In this document: in pieces, positions 28,915-39,221 of the stretch
Position numbering within the stretch: position 1 is the stretch's first letter
How the letters are laid out: each line of letters begins with the position of its first letter
NCBI GenBank assembly: GCA_964528675.1
Contig: CAZGTU010000001.1
Span: 12,679 to 76,678, forward strand
From: an uncultured Bacteroidaceae bacterium
GTDB taxonomy: Bacteria > Bacteroidota > Bacteroidia > Bacteroidales > GCA-2748055
Direction: 5' to 3'
DNA: 64,000 nt
Position numbers and translations under genes: made by a program
The notes under the pieces: generated by a model
What the model was told of the DNA's origin: nothing
The model's input: the letters and a program-made list of their open reading frames with translations, nothing else
The model's database searches: none

Positions 28915-29524
28915 TATTTCGTCTTTAACACCCCCCGGTCCGCCTAGGCGGAGGAGTCGCAAAGGATTAATTAACAACTTAGCAAAGTCCTCTTTAGAGC
29001 CTGTCCCGATTTATCGGAAGATTTTTGACCGGTTCAGATGAATGAAATCGACACAATACTTTTATTCGCACCATGCTAAAATTGAAATCCATTTATGGAC
29101 ATCCATACTGGAAATTGTAGAGCTAAATCATTTTTTTTTCTGCGATTCGGAGCAATTTGCCCACTTTTACTTTATTAATTACCTTAACAAGAGAGAGGTT
29201 TCTCACCCCCAGGAGCAGAGTGAGAGTGAGAATGAGAGCGAGATTTCCTCAATGAACATTGATTTATTTGGGCGCTTACTTCTAATATTCATGTTTTTTT
29301 TGCCAGAATATTTTGAAGCACCTTCTGTAGGATTGTTCCTATAGGCGCAACAGAGGCATGAAAAATATTTCAACTTTAAAAATTTGTTTGGTTCTGGCTT
29401 GTTCAGTTTAGGCTGTAAATGTCTTGATTAGATTCAAATCATTATAAGCTTACATGGCTGTTTTTATGCAACTTACTAAAATTTGTTATATGAGAGTGTA
29501 CAACTAATGGGTGATCTTCAGGCC

Positions 29525-29672
29525 CAATGGTCCACCTCCATGGTCCATCGTCCATCCCCGTCACTAAAGTCGCTTCCATCGCTTACGTCCCTTACGTCGC
29601 TTCCATCGCCCATATCGCTCTCTCCATGGTCTATGGTCCATCCCATCCCCCATCATCCCACCTCAATCTCTT
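29525..29672. repeat. Stutter island (C-rich on the plus strand, G-rich on the minus strand) overlapping the 3' end of the GH95 gene
   Basis: Repeated short words: CCATGGTCCA/CCATGGTCTATGGTCCA, GTCGCTTCCATCGC x2, TTACGTC x2 and CCCATCCC runs. Shares CTCCATGGTCTAT(T)GTCCAT with the island at 40312-40345 (opposite strand). Confidence 0.6.
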
Positions 29673-32048
29673 AACCCCCTTCACTTCCGTCTCAAATGAC
29701 TTAACATCCTTCTGGTATCTTATGGTGCATGGAAGGCCGGCCCTGGAAAAAACCTCTACCTTATCAAGCTTACCATCGCTCCATGCAATATTCAGGATGA
29801 AATCTCCTCTTGCCTTTATACCCTTTACTTCACCATCTTTCCATGAGGAAGGGATTGCAGGAAGAATTTCAATTTCTTCACCATGGCTTTGCACTAACAT
29901 CTCAGCAATACCGGCTGTTCCTCCAAAATTTCCATCGATCTGGAAAGGTGGGTGAGTATCAAAAAGGTTGGGAAGGGTTGAAATCTGCAGCAGTTTTGTC
30001 AGATGATTGTATGCCTCTTCACCATTTTTCAAACGTGCATAAAAATTAACCGTCCATGCACGGCTCCAGCCGGTTCCCGCTCCACCATGGCGAAGTCTTT
30101 TTTCAATTGTTCTTTCTGCAGCTTCAAATAATAGCGGAGTTTCTTCTGTAATAACAGTTCCCGGATGCAAGGCCAGCAGATGAGATATATGCCTGTGCCC
30201 CGGTTCAAATTCCTCGTAATCATGAATCCATTCCTGAATTGTACCATCAGCACCAATCTGTATCGGTGGAAGTCTGCCAAGCGTTTTCTCTATTTCTTCC
30301 CTGAGACCGGTATCATTACCCAGTATATCAAGAGCCTCCAGGTTGTATTTGAATAATTCCCTTATGATCATGATATCCATTGTTGGAGCATAAGTGAGCT
30401 GCATGGGGCCACCGGTATCCGGATCCTTAAAAGCATTTTCGGGAGAATAAGAAGGTGATGTTACAAGATAAGCTTCCGGACTTTCAATAAGAAAATCCAG
30501 TATAAATTCAGTAGCTCCTCTCATTAAGGGCCAGGCTTCATTTCTCAGATATGCAGTATCCCGGCTGAATTCAAAATGACGCCACACCGGTAGACAAACC
30601 CATGCAGCAGCTATGGGAAACATTCCCCACTTCACCGATGCATTCAGGGCAGTAAAACCAAAAGGATCTGTAACATGATGAATGGTCCAGCCACCGGCAT
30701 CATACATTTTCGCGGCAGTTACCCTGCCCGGTTGTTTAAGCTCATTAAAAAACTCAACATAAGGTTTGAAAGTTTCCGGCAAATTACAAACCTCAGCAGG
30801 CCAGTAGTTCATTTGTAAATTTATGTTGGTATGGAAATCGGAATCCCAAGGAGCATTAAAATGATGGTTCCAGATGCCCTGAAGATTCGCAGGAAGCCGG
30901 GCAAAAAACCCTGAGCTTCCCATAAGCAGATAACGTCCATACTGAAAATACAAAGCCATAAGGTCGTCATCTGTCACTCCGCCTTTCACTCTTTCCAGCC
31001 TTTTGTCAGTTGGAATTGAATCCATAGCCATATCACCCAGATCAATACTCATTCTTTCAAATACCGGACGATGCCGGTCAATATGTCTTTCCTCCAGTTC
31101 TTCGTAATTATCAGAAGGTAAGCTACCGAGCAATTTCATGCAAAGCTGAAGGGGTTCAATAGATCGGTCAAAATTTAAGAAATCCCGGTTATAATCGGTA
31201 AAGGCTGTCAGTGCCAGGGTAAGCTCTCCTGCATTCCTGATTTCAAAATATTTCCCATTTGCCTCATATTCTCCATCAGTATTCAACACCTTCAAAACCG
31301 AAGCAAAACGCATATGCTCACCACCAGGGCCTCTTTCAGCATCGGGTTGATCAATTATCTGTCCCTGCATGACAAGATGTCCCTCTTCACCGGGAAAGGT
31401 CTCCGCATCCTTCTCCCTTTCCATATAAATTTTCAAGCTCAGATCTTTTTTATCTTCTTTCTTTAAATGAATAATGATCACATTGTCTTTTGCGGAAGCG
31501 AATACTTTTCTGGAATATATATTTTCACCGGATCTGTACTGTACATTACTGATCCCCCTGTTCAAACTGAGTTCTCGCTTATACGCAGATACTGCTTTGG
31601 GCTCGTTTAGATCTTCGATAATAATATTCCCAAATATCTGATAAGAACGTATTCTCGGAGGTGTGCCAAGAAGATATTTTTCTGCCAGTTCATAGGCTTC
31701 ATTATTTTTGCCTTCGAAAAGAAGTCTTCGGATTTCGGGCAAATAGGTAAGAGCTTCAGGATTATTGGCATCCTTTTGCGAACCGGCCCATAGACTTTCT
31801 TCATTAAACTGAATGGTATCCATCTTGATGTTCCCGAATACCATAGCTCCCAGCCTTCCGTTTCCTACAGGAAGAGCTGTAACCCAGCCATCTGCAGGCT
31901 GTTTATACCACAACCTCCGCCCGGGGTTATCGCTATTCTTGCCAAACCGGGGATTATTGCATGAAACTAAAAAAAAGAACAGGGAGAAAATTATAAAATG
32001 TTTTCCCGGAAAGGTTTTTTCAAGGGAGAAGGACTTTGAATGTATCAT
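29631..32048 (-). CDS. Glycoside hydrolase family 95 (alpha-L-fucosidase / alpha-L-galactosidase)
   Basis: 805 aa with a signal/lipobox. N-terminal LWYKQPA..W..ALPVGNGRLGAMVFG...E.IQFNEESLW signature of GH95, and size typical of the family. The last ~14 codons run into the stutter island. Confidence 0.85.
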   Translation of the reverse strand: MIHSKSFSLEKTFPGKHFIIFSLFFFLVSCNNPRFGKNSDNPGRRLWYKQPADGWVTALPVGNGRLGAMVFGNIKMDTIQFNEESLWAGSQKDANNPEALTYLPEIRRLLFEGKNNEAYELAEKYLLGTPPRIRSYQIFGNIIIEDLNEPKAVSAYKRELSLNRGISNVQYRSGENIYSRKVFASAKDNVIIIHLKKEDKKDLSLKIYMEREKDAETFPGEEGHLVMQGQIIDQPDAERGPGGEHMRFASVLKVLNTDGEYEANGKYFEIRNAGELTLALTAFTDYNRDFLNFDRSIEPLQLCMKLLGSLPSDNYEELEERHIDRHRPVFERMSIDLGDMAMDSIPTDKRLERVKGGVTDDDLMALYFQYGRYLLMGSSGFFARLPANLQGIWNHHFNAPWDSDFHTNINLQMNYWPAEVCNLPETFKPYVEFFNELKQPGRVTAAKMYDAGGWTIHHVTDPFGFTALNASVKWGMFPIAAAWVCLPVWRHFEFSRDTAYLRNEAWPLMRGATEFILDFLIESPEAYLVTSPSYSPENAFKDPDTGGPMQLTYAPTMDIMIIRELFKYNLEALDILGNDTGLREEIEKTLGRLPPIQIGADGTIQEWIHDYEEFEPGHRHISHLLALHPGTVITEETPLLFEAAERTIEKRLRHGGAGTGWSRAWTVNFYARLKNGEEAYNHLTKLLQISTLPNLFDTHPPFQIDGNFGGTAGIAEMLVQSHGEEIEILPAIPSSWKDGEVKGIKARGDFILNIAWSDGKLDKVEVFSRAGLPCTIRYQKDVKSFETEVKGVKRLRWDDGGWDGP

Positions 32049-32097
32049 TGGAGAAGGGTTTTAAATATTTTTCAAATATAAGATGATGATTGAAAAC

Positions 32098-33231
32098 TCA
32101 AAACTTTATCCTCAACCTCACCTCTCTTTCTTCTCCTGCATCAAGAGTCTCTTCACCGGGAACACTCTCATCTGTATTCCCATCGTGATCAAGTGAACCT
32201 GAACCAATCTCAATCCCAATGCCGTCCCAGTTTTTCTCCAGCAATGATTTTCCATTCTTCAGAATAAACTCATCCGATCCGGCTCCACCACAGCAGGACC
32301 ATGTCTGGAAATATGGCGTTGGTGGAACAAAAAGCTCAATATCCCTGCCATCAGGATGTTTTATTATCACCTTATATTCTTCCTTACCATTAGTTTTTAC
32401 TTTTTTAACTTCTTTATGGATAATTCCGGTTTCTTCTCTTCTACCGGGTCGTGTAGAAGGTAACCACACTTCGGGTTCTTTCCCAATCACACCATTACCC
32501 CTGAGCTGTCTTTTTTCCGATTCAACAATAATTTCTGATCCCGGCTCAGGGAAGAAAGTGATATGATATCCCCAATCGGGAAGTATTTCTTCACCCGAAA
32601 TGTTTTTGAATGAATCGATTACCTCCAACTCCGGTTCTTTTGCAATATTCAATTCAAATGATTTCCGGATCCGGTAAAGGGGAGTTCCATTCTCGTACCA
32701 TGGTTGTGGATCCGCTTGCTTCATCTCCCGGTAAATATATTCAGTACTTATCTTAATCTTATCATCAAAAATTTCAAGCTGAACTTCATCAACTGGTATA
32801 TTCGATGTTTCACCGTGAAGTGGATATATCCTGCCCGTTCTCTCTTCCTGGTAAGGCATTCCCCAATTCTTCATTCCATAAAACTCAATTCCGGCAGCAA
32901 AAGTTGGTATATACGCAAATCCCGGGGAGGGTACATTATTGATCATTACCTCTTCAGACCACAGATCAAGTTCTTCCGGATCAGGCAGATCGTAGGGAGC
33001 ATCCCAGAAGAGTTTTTTCCCTTTATAGATAATCTGCCCGAGTGAAAGCCCTTTTGAGGGTAAAAATTCAGCTTTAACATTATTTTTTTCAACCAGAAGT
33101 CTGTTCACTCCTTCTGGTTCTTCATCTTTATGATATAATGTAATTCTAAGACCAGATTCATCTGCAAGGGTTTTCACTCCATCGATCTTCTGCTTGCATT
33201 GAATTTTAAAGCTATTTGTTCCTGTTTTCAT
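32098..33231 (-). CDS. Hypothetical protein, possibly aldose-epimerase-like (DUF4432-like)
   Basis: 377 aa with no signal peptide. The assignment is only a weak by-eye resemblance. Embedded in the glycan operon. Confidence 0.3.
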   Translation of the reverse strand: MKTGTNSFKIQCKQKIDGVKTLADESGLRITLYHKDEEPEGVNRLLVEKNNVKAEFLPSKGLSLGQIIYKGKKLFWDAPYDLPDPEELDLWSEEVMINNVPSPGFAYIPTFAAGIEFYGMKNWGMPYQEERTGRIYPLHGETSNIPVDEVQLEIFDDKIKISTEYIYREMKQADPQPWYENGTPLYRIRKSFELNIAKEPELEVIDSFKNISGEEILPDWGYHITFFPEPGSEIIVESEKRQLRGNGVIGKEPEVWLPSTRPGRREETGIIHKEVKKVKTNGKEEYKVIIKHPDGRDIELFVPPTPYFQTWSCCGGAGSDEFILKNGKSLLEKNWDGIGIEIGSGSLDHDGNTDESVPGEETLDAGEEREVRLRIKF

Positions 33232-33748
33232 GCTCTGAATTTTCGGGATATATTTTTTCAGGCAGATTCCTCCTTTTGGGTCTTTCGATCAATTCTATGG
33301 TAGTCCCGATAAGGTCTTCGGTATCGAGATAAGCATAATGACCGTCATCATCCGGACCAAAGCCTGCCCCATCCTGGGTCATTTCGATACCAGCTTCCTC
33401 AGCTTCTTTAAGAGATTGCTCCATATTGTCAGTAAGCACTCCAAGATGATGAACACCATAACCATGTTTCTCAACGAACTCTTTATACACTGTATCACCC
33501 TCAAGGGGTTCGATGAGTTCAATCCGCATATTACCGATATAAGATAGTGCTACTTTCATTTTATAATCATGTGGTTTGCCTTTCCTTGTCATTCTTTTGA
33601 CCAGGGGCTTGCCATAGGTGTAAAAATGCCAGGGCCCTACACCGAATCTTTCCCAGTAAGTTTCTACAGCTTTCTCAATATCCGGCACTATAATACAGAT
33701 CTGTGCGATATCAGGAAGCGGAAATTTCTTTTTGTTTTTCTTTTTCAT
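33212..33748 (-). CDS. VOC (glyoxalase/bleomycin-resistance/epimerase-fold) family protein
   Basis: 178 aa. Contains IAQICIIVPDIEKAVETY and HGYGVHHLG, typical of VOC/methylmalonyl-CoA-epimerase-like proteins. Confidence 0.7.
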   Translation of the reverse strand: MKKKNKKKFPLPDIAQICIIVPDIEKAVETYWERFGVGPWHFYTYGKPLVKRMTRKGKPHDYKMKVALSYIGNMRIELIEPLEGDTVYKEFVEKHGYGVHHLGVLTDNMEQSLKEAEEAGIEMTQDGAGFGPDDDGHYAYLDTEDLIGTTIELIERPKRRNLPEKIYPENSEHENRNK

Positions 33749-33799
33749 ACTTTTTCTTTTTTATTAGCCCCGTTTAATCAAGTGCAAAAATTCAATTCT

Positions 33800-35287
33800 C
33801 TATAAGTCCCCCGGCGTACCCAGAGCCAAAGTTTCGGAATCCAGAACCAGCATCCAGTCATTATCCAGACCTGAAGTCGGAGGAGTAAAGCTCTGTATTC
33901 GTTCTGTTATCTCTTCTGTTGGCAGGGCCTCTCCATTTCTCGGATTAAACCACCAGCCTACAACAACATCATCATCAATCTTGTCCGTGTAAACGGTCAC
34001 TTCCTGGCCTTTTGCGATATAAACCAGCAGGAATGTACCATCTTCAGCTCTTGCTGCACGAATGTGATCCTCATTCCGTGGATTCACTCCATAAACAATC
34101 GATTGATCGGGAATCAATTTTGAAAATAAACGGGTTTCAAAAAGTGCTCTTACATGTCTCATATCATCTGCTCCCGGACGGTCTAAAGATTCCTTCCAGT
34201 CGTAGAGTGCCGGAATGGCAAAACTTTCACCTTTCTCATACATTTGCCATATAGCATTGTTTCCGTAGGTATAGCCACAGGCACCCGAAAGCAGATTCCA
34301 GTACGCATGGATTCTCAGATCATAACCGGTGAAAAAACCTTTTTCAAAGTGCGACCTGTCTTTTACCAGGAATGAAGAATCAAGAACGCCCTCCGGAACC
34401 CTCATTGGATCGGACCAGTCGAGGTATTCCCAGAACCTCACAGGAATATCCTCGTACGCAGGTTCACCATCTATATATGGTTTTACAGGATTCAGGAGAT
34501 AGCAGGTCTTTGCATAGCGGTATACCTCATTAAATCTTTTCTCATGTCCGCTCTGATACATATTAAAGTCCAGCCAGGGCTCATTATGATACCAGTAATA
34601 AGACATACTCCCGCCCCTCGGATGATAACTGATAAGATTTAATCCTTTATCCCCCTCGGTGATTCCTTTTGCCATCGATTGCCAGATCTCAAAAACAGTA
34701 TCATTGGTTACCTGCCTGTCTCCTCCAAGTATCCAGATGACCGGCTTATCTGCATATCGCTCACCGAGAAATTTACCGTAGATCTCTGCATTCTCGGGAG
34801 TGAAGATAACTCCTTCTCCTCCATGTTCTGCGGTTACTTTATCTCCCCATGTAGGAAGCATGCCAATAAACAAGCCCAGTTCTTCGGCCTTATTTACTAT
34901 ATAATCGACATGTTCAAAGTATTTTTCGTTGGGTTTGGCTGGATCCCTGCCAATGAGTGGAAGGTCGCCATAAGCATTACCTGTAGTCAATCCCTGCATT
35001 TCAGCAAGAACAACAGCCTGGATAACCGTAAATCCTTTTTCCGCCCTGTTTTTGAGGTAATGATCGGCTTCCTCACGACTTAGTTTATGAAAAAGTTCCC
35101 AGGCAGTATCGCCAAGATACAGGAATGGAGTGCCATCAGGTTTTTGAAGGTATCTCCCATTTTTGCTTACCATCAGTGATGCATCTGTATCGGTTCTCTG
35201 AGTGGCGCTGCATGAGATTAACAACATTAAGAGAACAAGGGAAATTAACCTGTTCAGCTTCCGGAATTTTTCAATGTGTGTTTTCAT
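33800..35287 (-). CDS. Glycoside hydrolase family 140 (DUF4038) protein with collagenase-type C-terminal binding domain
   Basis: The ORF runs to 35353, but MKTHIEKFRK..LLISCSA at 35287 gives a lipoprotein signal and removes the overlap with the upstream gene. Contains PFLYLGDTAWELFHKL..EADHYL..RAEKGFTVIQ. Confidence 0.8.
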   Translation of the reverse strand: MKTHIEKFRKLNRLISLVLLMLLISCSATQRTDTDASLMVSKNGRYLQKPDGTPFLYLGDTAWELFHKLSREEADHYLKNRAEKGFTVIQAVVLAEMQGLTTGNAYGDLPLIGRDPAKPNEKYFEHVDYIVNKAEELGLFIGMLPTWGDKVTAEHGGEGVIFTPENAEIYGKFLGERYADKPVIWILGGDRQVTNDTVFEIWQSMAKGITEGDKGLNLISYHPRGGSMSYYWYHNEPWLDFNMYQSGHEKRFNEVYRYAKTCYLLNPVKPYIDGEPAYEDIPVRFWEYLDWSDPMRVPEGVLDSSFLVKDRSHFEKGFFTGYDLRIHAYWNLLSGACGYTYGNNAIWQMYEKGESFAIPALYDWKESLDRPGADDMRHVRALFETRLFSKLIPDQSIVYGVNPRNEDHIRAARAEDGTFLLVYIAKGQEVTVYTDKIDDDVVVGWWFNPRNGEALPTEEITERIQSFTPPTSGLDNDWMLVLDSETLALGTPGDL

Positions 35288-35315
35288 AGATTGGATATAG
35301 TTTATTGGATTAAAT

Positions 35316-36368
35316 TCATGGAATAAAAACGACTTTTCTTGCTTTTCCTTCAAGAGCCAGTTTCGCTCCTTTCACAAAATCTTCCAGTGAAAATGTATGT
35401 GATACAAAATTTGATGAAGATATTTTGCCCCTGTCAATCAATTCCAGAGCTTCCTGGTTGTGCCGGTGTGCAAATATGGTTGTCCCAATGAGGTGCAGGG
35501 CATTATAGTGCACCAGGTTCATATCCACTCCGGGTCGTGATCTTTCCTTTGGAAGGCCTCCGAATAAAAGTATCCTTCCACCCTTTCGTGCTATCTCAAC
35601 GGCTTCTACCTGTGTTTCAGGCGCAGGATTTGCTGTAATTATTACTTCAGGACCATAGCCGCCAGTGAGTTTCAATACTTTTTCTTTAAGATCTTCTTTC
35701 GAAGAATCGATAATATGATCGGGGGAATAAGATTCAACAAGTTTCAGCCTTTCTCCGGAAATATCGGCAACAATAATTCTATCAGCACTCCTGGACCTTG
35801 CCAGTTCAAGATGAAGTGTACCTATGGGACCTGCACCTATTATCAGTACGGTATCTCCAGACCCAATCCAGCCCTTTTCCTGTGCATTAACACAGGATGA
35901 CAGCGGCTCCACAATGGTGACGGACTCATGATTTAATCCTTCCGGAACTTTCTGAATTGTTCCCCTCTCAATAACCTCTCCCGGAATTGCCATATATTCT
36001 GCAAATCCTCCCTGCCATTTCTGTCCGATTTCTTTATAATCTATACATAATTCTTCTTTCCCTTCAATGCAGAACTCGCACTTTCCACAAAAAACAAGAG
36101 GCGAAACAGCCAGCCTATCACCCGGCTTCCATGATCCTGTATATTCTTTCCCTGTAATTTTTATCTCTGCACAAATTTCATGACCGATAATAAAAGGCAG
36201 TTCAACCCTGTGATGTCCGTTTCTCAATGTCCGGAGATCAGATCCGCACAAACCGCAGGCCAGCACTTTTAATAAAATTCCATCTGCCGGACATTGGGGC
36301 ACCGCTACCTCCTGGACATTAAAATCTCCGGGAGCATGAACAATTGCAGCTTTCATTGTATCTTTCAT
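35316..36368 (-). CDS. Zinc-dependent medium-chain alcohol/polyol dehydrogenase
   Basis: 350 aa. Contains CGLCGSDL, GHEICAE, the structural Zn cluster CGKCEFCIEGKEELC and GAGPIG (Rossmann fold). Confidence 0.85.
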   Translation of the reverse strand: MKDTMKAAIVHAPGDFNVQEVAVPQCPADGILLKVLACGLCGSDLRTLRNGHHRVELPFIIGHEICAEIKITGKEYTGSWKPGDRLAVSPLVFCGKCEFCIEGKEELCIDYKEIGQKWQGGFAEYMAIPGEVIERGTIQKVPEGLNHESVTIVEPLSSCVNAQEKGWIGSGDTVLIIGAGPIGTLHLELARSRSADRIIVADISGERLKLVESYSPDHIIDSSKEDLKEKVLKLTGGYGPEVIITANPAPETQVEAVEIARKGGRILLFGGLPKERSRPGVDMNLVHYNALHLIGTTIFAHRHNQEALELIDRGKISSSNFVSHTFSLEDFVKGAKLALEGKARKVVFIP

Positions 36369-37654
36369 GGATGCAATAATTTATCCTGTTCCTGTCTTAA
36401 TTTATATATGAATGTACCGGTATCAGGATCACACTTTTCGTAGGTAATTAATTCCCCTTTCCTGATATCACTCTTTACCGTGCAGTTTTCAGCCAGCCCA
36501 ACAGGGACGGCACCGAGTTTTCCCGATTCTTCATAAGTGTATATTCTTCCGAAAATATCCCCGCTTCCAATCCCTCTCAGTTTTTCACCCGCAGCAATGT
36601 CACGTTTGGCAATGGTCACTACTTCGGAATGCATATCCTCAGCGGCAACAGTTACCTCATTCAGCAAAACAGCCTCGGCAATAGACTGGGGTGTTTCAAG
36701 ATCACAAAGATGATAGGGACGAAAGAGCAAATAATAAGGCCCATTGGCATGAGTAATAAATTTCATATCCTTCTGGATCCTCTTATCTCCCGAGTAAACA
36801 ATAACAAAAACTCCCGGGGCAATTTTCCCGGTAGTATAATCTACAGTTCCACGATGTTTAAATATTCCTCCATTAACAGAAGGCTTGTACACTTTCAGCA
36901 ATTCATCGAGTTCTATCTTAGGTCCGTGCATTCCCGGAACATCCGGTATTAGTCCTGTAGCATTTGACACAGCCGCCATTTCCACCATGGTTTTCGTTCC
37001 ATCCTTGAAAGATACGAGAATCTTTGGATTCATGTCTTTCGAATGTGCCTCATCCCAGCAGCTTTCCGGAGTAGCATCATAATCAATGGGGTTATTCTTA
37101 CCTTTCCCTATGCAAACTACTTCAAATCCCATGAGTACAGCCTGCTCATAAAGCATTTTGCATACACCCGGCTCATCTCCGGAGGCTACCGTATAAAGAG
37201 TTCCGTTTTTCCTTGCTGTCCTGCTCAGGTAAGTGCCAATTGTAATGTCGGTTTCCACATTCAGCATTATTATGGGTTTCTTAAGCTGAATAGATTCCCA
37301 TGCTACACGTGCACCGATATCAGGGATACCCGTTACCTCGATATTTGCTTCAACAGGATCAAGAAGTGTCATCATCAGCGCATCTTCAGTAACAAGAGCT
37401 TTACCTTTATTCATCGCATCAATAGCCTCAGAAGCTTTATTGATCACTGATATTTGATTCCTTTCCCAGCCCATATCCAGGAAAGTGGAAATAGCTTTCT
37501 GTGGCTCAACATCAGCAATAGCACTGACCTTCATGCCCTTTATGTTATTAATTGTATGGGCAAGGCCTGATCCCATTTGTCCGCAACCAATAATCCCGAC
37601 ACTTACAGGCTTTCCTGATGCTTCACGTTCATACAGCTTTCTTAGTAATTCCAT
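36365..37654 (-). CDS. NAD(P)-binding oxidoreductase with C-terminal SAF domain (COG4091-like predicted dehydrogenase)
   Basis: 429 aa. N-terminal GIIGCGQMG Rossmann fold and a C-terminal SAF-like segment (AKRDIAAGEKL). Its stop overlaps the next gene's start by 4 nt. Confidence 0.55.
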   Translation of the reverse strand: MELLRKLYEREASGKPVSVGIIGCGQMGSGLAHTINNIKGMKVSAIADVEPQKAISTFLDMGWERNQISVINKASEAIDAMNKGKALVTEDALMMTLLDPVEANIEVTGIPDIGARVAWESIQLKKPIIMLNVETDITIGTYLSRTARKNGTLYTVASGDEPGVCKMLYEQAVLMGFEVVCIGKGKNNPIDYDATPESCWDEAHSKDMNPKILVSFKDGTKTMVEMAAVSNATGLIPDVPGMHGPKIELDELLKVYKPSVNGGIFKHRGTVDYTTGKIAPGVFVIVYSGDKRIQKDMKFITHANGPYYLLFRPYHLCDLETPQSIAEAVLLNEVTVAAEDMHSEVVTIAKRDIAAGEKLRGIGSGDIFGRIYTYEESGKLGAVPVGLAENCTVKSDIRKGELITYEKCDPDTGTFIYKLRQEQDKLLHP

Positions 37655-37665
37655 TTATTTATGCA

Positions 37666-39216
37666 TTAAAATGAATATTTATTCCTTAGCTCAGCCAGCT
37701 TTTCATAATCCTCTTTAACATGATGATAGAGTTCCTTATAAAGCTTGAAATAATCCATGTATAAATCATGATTCTTCTTGTCTGGTTCCATTGGGTCGAT
37801 ATAGTTAGTCCATTCTTTAGCAACAGAAAAATCATTAAATACACCTGTAGCAACACCTGCCAGAATTGCATCTCCGAAAGGAGCTCCTGTACGTCTTTCT
37901 ACCAGCACAGTAGGAATATTGAAAACATCCGTTATTATTCTTCTCCAAAGTTTGCTTTTAGCTCCTCCTTCATTCAATACAATAGGTCCGCTGATCTTTT
38001 TCCCCGTTTTCATAAGGATGTTGAAAGAATCGAAAAGTGCAAAAGCCACCGATTCCATCATTGCCCGGATAACATGCCCGCGGGAATGGTCAAGAGAAAG
38101 GCCGAAAATTGCACCACGGGCATTCACATCCCAGATGGGTGTTCTTTCTCCCATTAGAAAAGGCAAAACTACTAATCCATTACTTCCCGGTGGAATAACC
38201 TCCGCCTCCTGATTTATGATATCGAAAGTATCCACACCCATCACTCCGGAAGCTCCCATCTCCATCTTATAAAAGTTATCGCGCATATACCGGATCAACT
38301 GTCCCCCGGTGGTTGTTGTCGGAACAATGATATAGGTATTCTCAGAATCGGTGGTATAGGCAAAATTGATCATGGTTTCCGAAAAATTCGTGTCCCGGGT
38401 CAGAATGCCGAAATTACCACATGTTCCAAGGTTCATCTGCATATCCCCTTCGCCAGTCATACCAGCCCCCATCCAACCGGCATTGCAATCAACCTGGCCT
38501 GCTGCAACAGGTGTCCCTTCCGACAGGCCGGTTTCTGCTGAAGCCCTCTCAGTAACTGTCCCTATCACATCCTCGCAACGGAAAAGATCAGGAAATAAGG
38601 ATACATCAAGTCCGACTTCATCCAGCAGATCTGTGTCAAATTTTCTTTCCAGCAGGTTGTAGGCAACCCCGTAGAAAGCTGCCCCTGAATAATGACAGGT
38701 AGCTTTTCCGGTTAATTTAGCATTTATAAAGCCGTCAATAGTAAGGGCCTTGAATATCTGTTTGAAATCCCCTGCCCGGTTTTCTTTCTCCCACAACAAA
38801 TTGGTAATGATAGGATGATCCTCAAGTCTGTTTTTTGATATTTTAAAAATCCTTTCTTCTCCTATGTTCTCTTTCAGCCACTTTACCTGTTCAGTAGCTC
38901 TTTTATCCATCAGGTTATAGGCATTATGAACCGGTCTGAAGTTTTCATCTACCAGAACAAGAGAGGGCAATGCGGATGAAACTGCCATACCTTTTATGGT
39001 ATTGGGTTCCACCCCTGCATCATTTATCGCTTTTTTAATAAGCCTGCAAGCCACAGACCAGTAGTTCTCCGGATCATGTTCTGACCATCCGGGATGTGGG
39101 GTAAGAATTGGATATTCCTCAAAAGCATAGCTGAGTTCTTCTCCGCGAGAATTAATTATAACGCATTTGGCTCCGCCGGTTCCATAATCCAATCCAAGTA
39201 AACAGGCTTTATTCAT
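37666..39216 (-). CDS. FGGY-family carbohydrate kinase (xylulokinase-like)
   Basis: 516 aa. [14 protein letters not shown]-terminal phosphate-1 motif and GGGAKS-like C-terminal motif ([10 protein letters not shown]). Confidence 0.85.
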   Translation of the reverse strand: MNKACLLGLDYGTGGAKCVIINSRGEELSYAFEEYPILTPHPGWSEHDPENYWSVACRLIKKAINDAGVEPNTIKGMAVSSALPSLVLVDENFRPVHNAYNLMDKRATEQVKWLKENIGEERIFKISKNRLEDHPIITNLLWEKENRAGDFKQIFKALTIDGFINAKLTGKATCHYSGAAFYGVAYNLLERKFDTDLLDEVGLDVSLFPDLFRCEDVIGTVTERASAETGLSEGTPVAAGQVDCNAGWMGAGMTGEGDMQMNLGTCGNFGILTRDTNFSETMINFAYTTDSENTYIIVPTTTTGGQLIRYMRDNFYKMEMGASGVMGVDTFDIINQEAEVIPPGSNGLVVLPFLMGERTPIWDVNARGAIFGLSLDHSRGHVIRAMMESVAFALFDSFNILMKTGKKISGPIVLNEGGAKSKLWRRIITDVFNIPTVLVERRTGAPFGDAILAGVATGVFNDFSVAKEWTNYIDPMEPDKKNHDLYMDYFKLYKELYHHVKEDYEKLAELRNKYSF

Positions 39217-39221
39217 GGTTA

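Noticed and set aside
29042-29344. 100-aa ORF in the 0.8-kb gap between PPK2 and GH95.
   Set aside because: No recognisable domain. It includes a GAGAGT-type stutter translated as QSESENESE, and its hydrophobic runs look like AT-rich noise. It is kept only as part of the unusual intergenic region.
29483-29955. ORFs 29483-29674 and 29527-29955, and likewise 40220-40432 and 42235-42429, which read through the stutter islands.
   Set aside because: Their translations are S/L/P/T or G/E/W low-complexity strings created by the repeats. The 7-nt unit at 40242-40311 cannot maintain a frame-consistent peptide repeat. There is no start-site context or homology.
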